DNA of 64,000 nucleotides, taken from contig NC_091471.1 in NCBI RefSeq assembly GCF_036971445.1, positions 26,536,001 to 26,600,000 of the forward strand. Reading direction: 5' to 3'. Both the position numbers and the translations under genes were made by a program. Source of the stretch: Narcine bancroftii (Eukaryota). Shown one piece after another: positions 62,506 through 64,000 of the stretch; position 1 is the stretch's first letter; every line of letters begins with the position of its first letter. The notes below the pieces were generated by a model. It did no database searches. It was not told the DNA's origin and saw nothing but the letters and a program-made list of their open reading frames with translations.

Positions 62506-64000
62506 GTCAAGTAGAACTTGGATTCACCAACAAGGCAAAAAGTATAACTTGCAAAAAAACCTGAAGGTGATAGGGCCCTAGTATCCTGCTTTCCTGGTTG
62601 TCTAATAATACATTCAATAGGAAACATATTGCCCTTGCAATAGGACAGTACAGCATAATAAACTACAAAAATATTGATATTAAATAAAGTAAATTAGGAT
62701 GATAGATTGAATGGATTGGTTGGCATTTCTTTGAGCAAAGACGACAGGAAAGTGATCCAAGGTGTCTGAAATGTTAAAGCAAAATTAATTTACCCATTAA
62801 GGGCTTGGATTACAGATACATGAGTCAAAGAAACCCATTCCTAAATTTCTTATAAATGCAAAGGAAAAATGGCTAACCACTCTCTTTTTGCTAGATACAG
62901 GTTTTGCTTGATAAGGACAATGTGAATGCTTTTTGCCACTTTATCAGCCCAAGCCAGAATGTTGTGCAGGTCTTGCTAAAATCACAAGAAAACTGAAAAC
63001 AAACTTTAAAAAAATTCAAATGTTAGCTTTTAATAGAAACATAATACAGAAATAGCAATTAAAATGCATCCAAACAAGGAAAATTATGATATTGGGTACT
63101 CTCGGGGTAATTTCTCTGTAGAAAACAAGGGTGCAGAAAAACTAATTTTTTTTCACTGATACTCAAGTTTTCTTGCTTCAAGTCAACGCACAAGGCTTCT
63201 CTCTAACCAACTACCTGATTGAGATCATAGGTTTGTTATGAAAAGTACATGTACTCAGATAGCCAATGAACAGCACAGTTCCACCAGCTCATATTCAAAA
63301 TGGTAATTATTTACAGTTTTCAATGTCAGGTTAAAAGTTGCTGATAACAGCACCTCGAGGTCTTATTTCTCTTAAGAGGTACCAATTGTTTTTACCCATT
63401 GGTTTCCAACATACTAAAGTACTATGAAGCAAAGACAAATTCAAATAAATAACATTAATCAACAAGATTTGAGCAATAGATTTTGGATTAAATGACAGAA
63501 GAAATCAAGCAATGCAGATCTCCACTGCCAACAACAGATAACAGATTTGAAATCTAACAAATTGGTAAAGATTATGAAATCAGCAGTTTCTAACAACATT
63601 TCCAGGCACTTCCAAGACTGGCAGACAAAACTCTCCTTGCATATTGAAGATCACTCTCAATTGCAATGGTGAAGACTGCAGCTTTTGTCATAATGCATTA
63701 TAGTTTAACTTGTCTTGCAGCGGGACGTCACATGATGCCATAGGATCAACATGTAGGCTCCCGACTCCCTTAGTTGATTCATAAAAAAGTGCTAATTTAA
63801 AAATGTTTTAAAGTTATTAACATTTAAAAAAATATTTTTAAATACTTTTACTTTTCATTTACAATTATTCTTTTAAAAAAAAGAGAAATCACTTACAGCT
63901 GCGACTGGAGGCAGACAAGAAGAAGAAAAGAGACTTGAGACTTACCTCCCTCAACATCGAAGCATGGACCTGGCACTCGGGCTCCTCACACCCCACCCCC

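Overview
Vertebrate nuclear DNA, about 60% transposon-derived by eye. The repeat complement (CR1, Penelope, tRNA-derived SINE, Rex/Babar, L1, RTE, Gypsy) points to a cartilaginous fish, probably a ray or skate; this is inference. The only host gene I can support is RMND5A, a RING E3 subunit of the GID/CTLH complex, on the minus strand. Coding exons 2-9 are present (60728 down to 8629, 1034 coding nt) with GT-AG introns and exon sizes matching human RMND5A as I recall it; exon 1 is not in the window. The introns and 3' flank hold a decayed two-LTR Gmr1-like retrotransposon (integrase before RT), several solo LTRs with exact 4-bp TSDs, a 5'-truncated Gypsy, an internally deleted L1, five near-identical young RTE copies, and many CR1 and Penelope pieces. 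I found no evidence of a wholly new biological system. The best leads are two miR-138 8mer sites in the last exon, the Gmr1-like family, the young RTE family with one rearranged minisatellite-fused copy, and an RFX X-box downstream of the gene.
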